Assembly: GCA_051942245.1 (NCBI GenBank)
Contig: JAVECL010000127.1
Location: forward strand, 1 to 47,709
Length of the DNA stretch: 47,709 bases
Source of the DNA: Trypethelium eluteriae
Taxonomy: Eukaryota
Direction of reading: 5' to 3'
A program made the position numbers and the translations under genes. The notes under the pieces are model-generated. The model saw only the letters and a list, made by a program, of their open reading frames with translations. It was not told where the DNA came from and searched no databases. Below, one piece after another: positions 26,001 to 35,914 of this stretch. Position 1 is the stretch's first letter; the number at the start of each line of letters is the position of its first letter.

Positions 26001-27011
26001 CCATCATACAGGATGGAGGTAAAGATCTCGACTTCGCTTGTCCCGCCACAGTCAAAGAGCATGTGCTACAATAAGTGATCTGGACTTGTAGCCTTTCAAG
26101 TAGCTAGCTCGTTTTCTCAATGGACTCCTCCGTTCTCGTTTGAGCCCTCCAATGCCACTCGGATCGCCGGTGGGCTTACCTGTTACACAACATTTCAAAT
26201 GTGTCTTCGGGCATGCCGCCGGCACGATTTGATGAAACTATTCTTTGATGACTACCAACGACCATTTGCCCGTGATACGTGTTGTCCTCCGAAGGCGACG
26301 CCTCAAGACGGGTTCATCTCCAAAGCGCGCTATCATAGGAAAGTGACGAAGCAGAGGGTCTCACGGAAAAGCCCAAATATACAGACTCAGCTTCTCTTCC
26401 GAGTGCTCCGCTGACCGCGGATACTGCTTGTACCACAGGTGGCTTTCAGCCAAGTCTGAGACGCTCCTTGCTCATTCTAGGATCATATCTCTGTATTTCC
26501 GGCACTTCCCGTTCTTCAACACGTCTTTCTCACACTCAAGGACCTTTCTCTCCATTTAGTCCTCAGACGAACATTGTATCAATCGTCTTCATCCGACGCT
26601 GCTTCACTATAATACGAAAGGGATCTGAGGTGGTGCTATTGTGGCAATCACTTGACCATCTTCAATAGAGAAAGCCTCCTACAAGGGGCAATTTTAAAAT
26701 TACGAGGTTCCAGACAGCATGGTAGCACATGCGCCTCGTAAAAGCCTTTGTTGCCAGCTGACATGGTCTTAGACCTGATTTGAGATGTTAGAAATGAAAT
26801 ATGGGGATGTACGCGTGTGACAGATTTGAATGAAGTCCACACTGTCGGCGACGGAGTTGACGTCTCTTTGTGAATCTGCATATCTAAGTCTGAGTTAGTT
26901 GAAGAGGCGCTACCTAAAGAAGTATTTGGCTCTCCATTGTTTAGGGTTACTTTCAATTCAAGGAGATACTGTACTACCCTGCTTCATGAGGTAAGATGAG
27001 TTACAAGGAAG

Positions 27012-27018
27012 TATAAAA
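27012..27018 (+). promoter_or_regulatory. TATA box upstream of the SnoaL-like gene
   Basis: TATAAAA about 75 nt upstream of ATG 27089. Confidence 0.45.
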
Positions 27019-27088
27019 GACCAGGAAGAGCATCTCTGAAAAAATCATCATCAAAACACATCAGCACAATCATTGACGTCCTGCAAAG

Positions 27089-27728
27089 ATGCATTTCGCA
27101 GCCCTTGTTTCTCTGGTGACTCTGCTATTTGCCACTTTGGGGCTTAGCAGATCCGAGGAACCCTCGCAACAAGACTTTTCCAGCCTCAGCAGAGGCGACG
27201 TAACTTGGGTCCTACTGAGCCAGACTGTCAACACCTACGCTGAACTCGTTGATCAGAAGAGATTTGATCAACTCGACCGCGTTTTTAGCCAGGACGCAGT
27301 TGCTCACTACAGTGGCTCTTACCGGAACCTCCAAGGCTTACCTGCTATCTGCAGTGCCCTTGCTCTGAGTGTGAGTACCTCCAACCGTATGCATTTCTCT
27401 CGAATCGATTTCAATGAGGGCTGCCGCTGCGACGAAATGGACAAACTAATGAGTGGTTCAGTACTCGAACATGACCACGCAGCATCTCGTCGGCTCCACA
27501 GTGCATGTTCCGAACGATACACATGTGCTTGCAGCTTCGGCCTTCCAAGTTACGATCTGGGATCGAAACAACAAGGTAGCTGGGCAATACTTCGGCTACT
27601 ACTTCGATCAGTTCAGTCGACGCTGGTCGGACGGTGGTTTTGGCGGTTTCTGGACGTGGGTTATTCAAGAAAGGCGCGTAAGATTTTTGGGACCGGGTCC
27701 AACGTTGAACGGCACGATCGGCGGCTGA
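27089..27728 (+). CDS. Small secreted SnoaL-like (NTF2-fold) protein, ~180 aa
   Basis: Hydrophobic signal peptide. YAELVDQKRFDQLDRVFSQDA, TQHLVGS, GYYFDQF and WVIQERR are typical of SnoaL_4-like folds. Intron 27371-27461 (GTGAGT...CTAAT...CAG) joins the two ORFs in frame. Confidence 0.8.
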
Positions 27729-28228
27729 GACGCGATGGACTCTATACTGAATAAATCCGCTGAGGCAGAATTCAGAGACGCTAAGAGACGCTAATATTGA
27801 AGGACGGATGTGGCTGAATTTATCGTATCATTTCCAACGCTCCTTTGGAAGTTTGTGAACCAAGTTCGGTCGACCTCGAGACGGGTGTACGGAGTACCAA
27901 TAGATAATTAGCATATGGAGGAACAACTTCGTTCATAGCCTGCTCCACCAGGATTGACATTGTGCTATTTTACAAGGACAGCGTGACATTTAGTAATGGG
28001 AGGCCATTTGTGCACCATTTATTCAGAAACCTGACGGGGTTGCTCTTGGATGCTGGCCTGGAGTCTCCGGAGAGCAACACCGCCACCTTAGGAAGAGGTC
28101 GGGCCTCGGGCTTCCGTGACTTTGCAATGTAAGGAAACTAGCCTTCTTCTCACCTAATACTTTATGTAAGTCTCGCTCAAATCCTCGGTGCCACCGATTT
28201 ACGGGTTGATCGCTGGCAACGAGACGGC

Positions 28229-28236
28229 TGAGCCTC
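28229..28236 (-). promoter_or_regulatory. Calcineurin-dependent response element (Crz1 site) upstream of calcipressin
   Basis: GAGGCTCA on the minus strand matches the yeast CDRE consensus GNGGC(G/T)CA. CACAGCC occurs at 28365-28371 as well. Confidence 0.45.
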
Positions 28237-28840
28237 AGTGGATGACGATGAAAGCGGTCACGATTCAGATCAACAGAAATGACAGGCAGGCTCAACGGTA
28301 AAGCCAAGCTCGTAAGGTGTATCTGTAAGGTGAATAAGCTTGTTTACCAACTGGTCTCTTTCTTCACAGCCGACGTGAAACATGTCTCACGCAGAGATGG
28401 CTCCCCAAGGTTGAATAGACTCATATCCAGCAGGTCCGCCAAGGCTCCAAGACGCAGCCGCGCCATCCCTGCTGTGATCTAGGTGGCCACCAGCAAAGAA
28501 AGGGAAAGTAAATCGATAGGTTGGATTGATGAATGGCGCGCGGCTGCAGCGTGTGGAGCTGTGCCACTGAAAGCCAAGAGCAGCCAATGATTTGTTGTTG
28601 AGGGCAGTGCATGATTGCCTTCGCTTTCCAGGCTGTTCCATTCTTCTCCGCAAATGCCAGCCGGAGTTTGCCTTTTGACCCTGCTGCGCCGCAAACGTCA
28701 ATCACTCTGACTACTTCTGACTACCGACCAAGGTACTTCATATAACATTTTGCTGGCTGCAACTGACTTCTCTCCCCATTCTTGTAGCGAGATCCTAACA
28801 GACATCAAGTCTTATCGAATTCGCCTGCAACAATTCCAGA

Positions 28841-29752
28841 ATGGCAGCAGAGACGTCAACACCGCCAGTTTCCAACACTTTGAGCCCCTCATCTAGAGGC
28901 AGAAAATCGCCACCACTGTCCCTAGATCTATCTGATTTGCCTGCATTGAGCCAACCTTCACCTCCATCAAACACTCTTCTTATCACAGTGAGTTCAAAAC
29001 TTGCCCAATTCCTTTCTGCACAAAAACCAATACTAATCAAACCACCACAGAACCTAAATGAACCTACCATCTTCCACCCCACCAACCTCCAAACCATCCG
29101 CGACCTCCTCTCTAGCCACGCTCCACTCCACTCCTTCTCTCCCCTAAAATCATTTCGCCGCCTCGTCGTCTCTTTTGAAACCACCGAAGCCGCCATCTCC
29201 ATCCGACAAGCCCTTGACGGCTCCACCATCATGGGACTAACCGATCGCATCCGTGTCTACTTCGGCCAGCCCACTCCAATAAACCCGGAAGACCAGCACC
29301 TGCAGGCACCTAAGAGTCAGAAGCTATTTTTCATCTCGCCACCACCGAGCCCGCCCGCGGGTTGGGAGATTCGAGACGAGGAGCCCCCGAACAAGGAGGT
29401 GCACGCAGAGGATTTGGCGGGCGCGCTGGCGAAGCTGCATGCCCGAGGGGGAAGCGAGAGGGACACTGAGGCCGAGCCGGAGTGGGAGCGACAGAGTGGA
29501 GGAGAAAGGAGAGGGGAGAATATACGGGATGGAGACGTGAAGGGCGTGTGGGCTGGACGGCAGCGGAGCGGGAGTAGCACGATTGTATACCATCCGGATG
29601 ACCATGGGGATAGCCCTGCTTTGCCAGCGATTGCAGTGGAGGACACGACGGAGAGTCCGGGGGATCTGACGCCAATGGAAGGGGATGAGGCGTCGGACAA
29701 GAGGTTTTATCACACGCCACGACCACCGGTAGAGTTGATGTCGAATGTTTAA
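28841..29752 (+). CDS. RCN1: Calcipressin / regulator of calcineurin (RCAN family)
   Basis: SPLKSFRR RRM-like domain, HLQAP, FFISPPPSPP, PxIxIT-like PAIAVE, C-terminal TPRPP. In-frame intron 28988-29050. Confidence 0.95.
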   Translation: MAAETSTPPVSNTLSPSSRGRKSPPLSLDLSDLPALSQPSPPSNTLLITVSSKLAQFLSAQKPILIKPPQNLNEPTIFHPTNLQTIRDLLSSHAPLHSFSPLKSFRRLVVSFETTEAAISIRQALDGSTIMGLTDRIRVYFGQPTPINPEDQHLQAPKSQKLFFISPPPSPPAGWEIRDEEPPNKEVHAEDLAGALAKLHARGGSERDTEAEPEWERQSGGERRGENIRDGDVKGVWAGRQRSGSSTIVYHPDDHGDSPALPAIAVEDTTESPGDLTPMEGDEASDKRFYHTPRPPVELMSNV

Positions 29753-30423
29753 GTGCATTGTTGGTTTGAGAACGATTTTTGGCGCAAGCATGGGAGACAT
29801 CCTCCGTGGCATAGTAGAGGCGTTTTCGGAATAGATTTGCATCACAGAGGCGCTGGGCGAGGTGGCCCTTGTCATTGAGTCTCAACTGTTCAGTGCTTGG
29901 TATTTGCTACAAATGGGTCTAGATCATCGATGCGGGTCGTAGTCAGCTAGACCAGATGAATGGATTCATCAAGATGAAGTTCCGAAATACTAAACATTTC
30001 CAATCATTGTCCTCGACCTCATGCAAGTTTTGTCTCCTTAGTCATTCTCTTGGAGTCTACTCATTCGCTCATGCGTAAAAACGAGATTTGTTATCTCATT
30101 GGCCTGGCCCAAAGACCAAGGCACCGCATGTGATACTCGAGCCGTTGTGCAGCTTGCACTGCACTTACGATGATTTTTGAAGCGTTCGACTCCAGGGATC
30201 CTGTATCTGGGGCTCAATTTGCGCGATGAAGAATATTTACAGTGTATATAGTACTAAGTTCGATGCTGATAGAAGATTTAGCAAGTAACTTCGTCCCAGT
30301 TTTTCCATCCCAGATTATCAGCAGATGCAACAGTAGATCTTCAAAGTCCAGACTTGTTACGCTGGAGCCGCCCTTGTCTATTAACGCCAAGTCTATGCTT
30401 GCATGCAAAAGGCAAACCTCCTC

Positions 30424-31525
30424 CTAGCCTTCAAATCCCTTCAGACCCCGGTAAATCTTCTTATGCTGCTCTAGAAACAAGAACGTTGCGATCGTATGTG
30501 GACCCAGCCGAATGAAACTTGGTACCCATCCCCTGAACATCCAACCGAAGCCTTCATTCTTGACGATGGTACCCAACAGCGTCATCAACCCCTGGCTCTC
30601 CTTTGCGCTCATCACCCGGGTCTTAATGACATCGACGGGAGAACACACTGTTGTAGCCACGAACCCAGCAAGGAATGACGCGGTGAAATGTGTCGTGAGA
30701 CCATCTTCCATCTTTGCTCTGCTCAAAAGCACACCCTTGAAGGCGTCGTAGCTCGCCAACTGACTGGCTGTCATTAGGACGGCGCGCATGCTATTTGGCC
30801 ACACTCCTCTCCACAGACTTTTCACTCCTTCTTCGCGTGCCATTCTATATAGTCCCTCGACCGCGTTCTTGTAGTTACGACGTTCGGAGACCGGAAGTGC
30901 AGCATCGTGCTGCATGCGCACGTTGAGGACGTCTGCTGGGTTTCCTGCGATGCCACCGAGAAGGCCGGACGTAGATGCCATGGCGATGAGGGTCGGTAGC
31001 GACGGCGAAGAGAGTGAGGTACTGAAAACCTCCTTAAGTTCTTCATAAACGCCGAATCGGGTGGTAGAGTAAGTTAGCTGGCGAAGTAGAGAAGCCGATA
31101 ACTAGCGTTTATCTGTGAGCTTTGCTATGAAGGGAAAGTGAATACGAAAGGGAAATGTACCCCTCGGTACAGTCCAGGAACTCCATCGGACTTGAAGACA
31201 TGTACAAACATCTGGAGCATGTTCCGGCGGGGCCCATCGTGAGCTTGAGTTTGCAGTCGAACCTGTACGCGAACTCAAGGGTAAGCAAGAGGACGCGAAC
31301 CTATGGGAGCATTCGTGCGCGATGTAGTATACCTTGACTGCGAAACATTAGCATTATTTGGAAGAGGTAAGTATGAGTAAGGGATGATTTACCAAGGTCT
31401 AACGGGTGCGTGACGCAGGCCGCGAAACAGCTCGCCGAGCCTCCAAACCAAAACGGATAGTGGATAGGTCCCAGCTGCTGCTGGCCATCCTTGCCCTTCC
31501 GCACCTCCTGTTTAGAAGCGGGCAT
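30424..31525 (-). CDS. DIC1: Mitochondrial dicarboxylate carrier
   Basis: YPFWFGGSAS start and three carrier signatures (PLDLVKVRLQ, PADVLNVRMQ, PVDVIKTRVM), plus WVPSFIRLGPHT. Introns 31338-31392, 31263-31332 and 31102-31160, with a 5-nt exon at 31333-31337. Confidence 0.93.
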
Positions 31526-31821
31526 AACTCAATGGGCATGGTTCTCTTACAGAGACCACCAAACCTCCAAGTTATGCAATTGTGCGATCTTCCGCTCTCA
31601 GGTGGCGGGATGAAGGATGGCGATAGAAACGCAGAAGCGGATCTTTCAAGATTGCAATGCGTAGAGAGGATTTTTAGTAATAACGGAGTACATCGGCTCT
31701 CAAGCGCGTATGAGACCCGGACTCCAAATTTGGACGCCGAAGTTGGCCCGGAAAAGCTGCCGGCTTTCGGGTTAGGGGACAAGTGACAACATTAGACTCA
31801 CTCCGAGCGAGTCGGGTCAAG

Positions 31822-33573
31822 ATGGTTGGGATAAGGGCCAATGGCTCGTTACGGACATTAGGAGCGACGGGGAGCTATGTCTGTTCATCTTGTAGAGCCC
31901 GACAAGCCCGGCGAGTCGCGTCTATTCGGGAGTACTCTTCAGGTCAGTCTCAGCTTTCATCAACTGTACCGGCAACGAACGGGTGACCGTTTCAGTTCTA
32001 ATCTTACAGAAGCTGTATTGCAGTGTTTTGTTTTAATTTATTGATTTTGTGTTCATGATTGAATAACCATAACATCCTTTCCGATCTTCATAAATAAATT
32101 GATACTTAGTAATGTATTTCTTTACCTGTCGTCGAAACTTAAGCCAAGAAACAATGATACATCTGTCACGCTTATGTTCCCATTCAAATTTTTCTCACCC
32201 AAAAATCATCAGACTCAACCCCTCCAAATCTCATCCTCGAAAACCGCCCTTACCCTACCGACGCGTGGACAAACGTCCCCTCCTCCATCATATCAGCCCT
32301 CCCCCGACGCCTTCACCTCCAACCCAGCCACCCCATCGCCCTCACCCGCCGCCTCATCGAATCCCGCTTCCCAGGCTTCACCACCTACTCCAGCTTCTCC
32401 CCCATCGTCAGCGTCCAGCAGAACTTCGACTCCCTCGGCTTCCCACCCGACCACCCCGGCCGCGCCCGCAGCGACACCTACTACGTGAACCGCGACACGG
32501 TTTTGCGCACGCACAGCTCCGCCCACCAGGCCGACGTCTTCCGCGCCGACTCCAGCGACGGCTGGCTCGTGAGCGCCGACGTCTACCGTCGGGATGCCAT
32601 CGATCGGAGCCACTACCCGGTGTTCCACCAGATGGAGGGCGCGCGGACCTGGGATCGGCGACGTCTGGCGACCTCGGCCTCTGCGAATGGCGATCTGGCG
32701 CAGGCGATCTGGGACGATGTCGCGAGGCTGCCGACCCATGATGTCGTTGTGGAAGATCCGAATCCGCCGACGCATCCGGAGCGGAACCCCTTGCAGGCGA
32801 ATTACCATACGCCAGAGGAAGCGGAAGCGGTTGGGGCGCATTTGAAACGGTCGCTTGAGAATGTAGTAGTGGAGGTGTTTGCGCAGGCGAAGCGGGCGGC
32901 GGTCGCAGCGGGGGATGCGAAGGCGGCGACGGAGGAACCGCTCAAGGTGCGGTGGGTGGAGGCGTACTTTCCATTTACATCCCCGAGTTGGGAGCTTGAG
33001 GTCTTCTGGCAAAACGGTTGGCTGGAGGTGCTGGGTTCGGGGGTCGTGAAGCAAGAGCTCTTGGTTGAGGCGGGAGTGCCGCAGCGTGTGGGTTGGGCGT
33101 TTGGGCTGGGTTTGGAGAGGATTGCGATGCTGTTGTTTGGGATCCCGGATATCCGGCTGTTTTGGAGTAGGGATCCTCGGTTTCTTGATCAGTTCAAGAG
33201 TGAGGTTGGGGAGGTGGGAAAGGGGAAGGTGGAAGGGGAGGGAAGGATTGCAAGGTTCCAGCCGTTTTCGAAATACCCAGCGAGTCCTCGAGACGTTTCG
33301 TTCTTCCTTCCCTCGACATCTAGTCCCGCCGGCGGAAGACCAGTATTCCATGAGAACGATATTATGGAGCTCGTCCGCGACACAGCAGGAGATTCCGTTG
33401 AGGACGTGCAAATGGTAGATGAATTTGTACATCCAAAGACTGGGAGAAAGAGCCTGTGCTATAGAATTAACTATCGGAGTCTGGAACGGACGTTGGGGAG
33501 AGAAGAGGTTAATGAGCTACACGAGGGGATTAGTAAGAAATTGGTTGAAGGATGGGGTGTTGAGTTGAGATGA
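31822..33573 (+). CDS. MSF1: Mitochondrial phenylalanine-tRNA ligase
   Basis: Presequence, NFDSLGFPPDHPGRARSDTYY, YRRDAIDRSHYPVFHQMEG, YFPFTSPSWELE, GWAFGLGLERIAM, and C-terminal anticodon-binding domain. Intron 31943-32212. Confidence 0.95.
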
Positions 33574-34226
33574 AGTAAAGGCGCTGGCGCTGCCCACTTG
33601 AATACATTCCAGATGCCAAACTTGTATTATTAGTATATTGGATGGTCAGAGCGTGGCGTCCTTGTCAAAGACCCGTCTTCATGCCATCTCCTAACGGCGG
33701 GTGGATCTCCACTACACTCTGACGACGGCAGGTGGTCGTCCAAGACTGCAAAAATCTGCTGCAGAACGCAATTAGCTGTTCCATGCCGCACTAGACTTCC
33801 AAGTTGCTCTGGGCATGTACAATGGAAAAGCTGCTTTTGGCTTGTATGGTGCTTTTGGGCTTTGATTTTCAAATCTATCCACGATTACAGGTGCTGCTTT
33901 TGGGTCTTCCTGCTATCGCTCAGCTAAGGACAATATGCCGCCCGATTCCGATCCCATGCAAAACTTTTCCGGATCCCGAGTCTATCAGCCGGTAACGCAT
34001 GTCAAAAGAATGAAATATTGAAGAAATCTTCCAGCTCTTCAAATATATGATCAAGAAAAATCCGCACCAAAGAAAAGGAGACGGAGTGGTAGTATTGGTT
34101 CTATAACTCGGTAGACTTTCCCAAGGACCCTTAATCGACGTCCGATCGATGGAGACAACGAACCGAAAGTAAAATCAAAAGAAAAGAACGCAAATGATAT
34201 TCTAGTCCGAGGGTCATAATTCGTGA

Positions 34227-34774
34227 TCAACGTCTCATCGTACTCCTACGAAGAGCATCCAGGAGCTCCGGTCGATCTGCTAAGGCGACTTCTGCTTGTG
34301 CAAAGGACATCCATTGTCGACTTCGGTGCATTTCTGGCCACCTCTCCTCGAGTTTCTCGACGGTCGCCTCGAAGAAATGGTAGGCCGCTCTGGGTGCTTC
34401 GGCCGTTACCTGTTGGGGCGGTCGCATTTCCGGGATCATGCCGAGGTCGTAGGTAACTCTGCAAATGAGGCCGCCTTCTTCCCAAGCCTCACGCACTGCC
34501 GCCTCCTGAGCAGTGGCTTCGTCAAGTTCCCAGCCGCCTTTGGGAAGAACCCAGCCACCACGACGGGACGATCCGATGAGCAAAACGTAATATTTATCCG
34601 AGGAGAGGGGGACTATGCCGGTGACTAGACGTTCACCATTCGCGCTATATCCTATTACAAAGCATTAGCGGTTGTAGGTTTGAAAAGGGCTTGCAACTCC
34701 TGCAACAGGCCAAGTCAACACTCACTCTGATTTGTGCGACCTTCTCTTGCGACCATTGATCGGCTTTGAGCCAT
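34227..34774 (-). CDS. DDP1: Nudix hydrolase, diphosphoinositol-polyphosphate / diadenosine polyphosphate hydrolase (Ddp1/Aps1 family)
   Basis: AREGRTNQRY, WVLPKGGWELDE, Nudix box AAVREAWEEGG, WPE...RQW. Intron 34652-34725. Confidence 0.88.
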
Positions 34775-35347
34775 CAGCGTGGGGCCGGTTTGGCTCGGAG
34801 AAAACGAGCTTCAAGGAGTGGTTAGCCGAGCAAGAGCAGCCTTATATCCGGTGAAGGAGCCGGAGCACGTGAGTTTGAAGCCGGAAATTTGACAAGGAAC
34901 GATCGACTGTGGTCAGGAGTGAGGTATGGGTTTGAAAGAGGCGTGGTGGCAGCCGAATTGGTCGTGTTACTTTTGTTGAGGCTGAGCTGGAGGCAAGAGC
35001 CAAGCGGTAAAGAATCAGGTTCAATTGCGGGGAGGCCTAGATTTGGGGCAGTCTTGGTGAGTCCGCGAGGAGGAGAGGAGGCTCAGGCTAAGGTCCGACA
35101 TGATGATAGAACGAGCGAGTGAAAGGGAAGTCAGGGTAGGGGAGACGAGGTTTTTCAAGGCTCGCTAGAGAGAAAATTGAGGTTAGCGAAGGCGCGCCGA
35201 GTGGGCAGCACATGCGCCGAATCCAGGTAACCGCTAAACGCTACCGATTGAGCTCTCGTCGCTCCACCACGTCTCGATGCTTACACGATTTTCGCGGCCG
35301 GGCTGGTGCTGGGCTGGCGTGTGAAGGACGGGCGGCGGGCGTGGGAG

Positions 35348-35379
35348 ATGATCATGATCATGATCATGCTCATGCTCAT
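35348..35379. repeat. Hexamer microsatellite (ATGATC)3(ATGCTC)2 in the DDP1/ATE1 divergent intergenic region
   Basis: Directly visible: atgatcatgatcatgatcatgctcatgctcat. Confidence 0.85.
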
Positions 35380-35914
35380 AAGCAGGCGCAGGACCCTGAG
35401 CGCGACTGCGGCCTCTCGTCATCTAGCTGCACGCAAGGCATGGTGGAGCAGCACCACTCAAATCGAAAATCTGCCTCGTCTTGCCTCGTTCTCGCCTAGA
35501 AGACGCGGCGTGTCAGTACCACTGCTCTCAGCGTTGGCCCGGCGTGCTGCATCGTGACGTGCCTCAGCTAGAGCTTCATCTAACGTCTGCCCTTACGACC
35601 CTGACCTGCCTTACCTCCGGAGGTACTTAGAGGAGGCGGCGCGAGGCAACGGCGATCGCATTTCGAGACGGCAAACCTCAAACACGCTCTGCACCGCTCT
35701 GAGTAACGTCCTCCCTACCTTACACACGCATCTCACCCATTCCACGGTCACTTGCCGAAATCGCCGTCCGCCGGTGCCCGCGATCTGACGCATAGAAGCC
35801 TCGCCTAAGGCTTCGCGAACACCTCAGTACCCGCGTCCATCCCCGCCAAGCAAGCAGAGCTGGAAAGCAGCCCCGCCATCGACATCCCACTTTGCTTAAC
35901 GCTTGTCCTGCAGC

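Noticed and set aside
26941..26949. TTAGGGTTA as a telomerase RNA template (UAACCCUAA on the minus strand)
   Set aside because: A single 9-mer with under 1 kb of free space downstream and no visible pseudoknot or three-way junction. The same word also occurs inside the dynactin CDS at ~598.
32293..33432. 379-aa antisense ORF over MSF1, and similar long antisense ORFs over PXA2, RPB3, RCN1 and HMGCL
   Set aside because: These are shadow ORFs caused by GC-rich, stop-poor codon usage in the skew islands. They have no recognisable domains.
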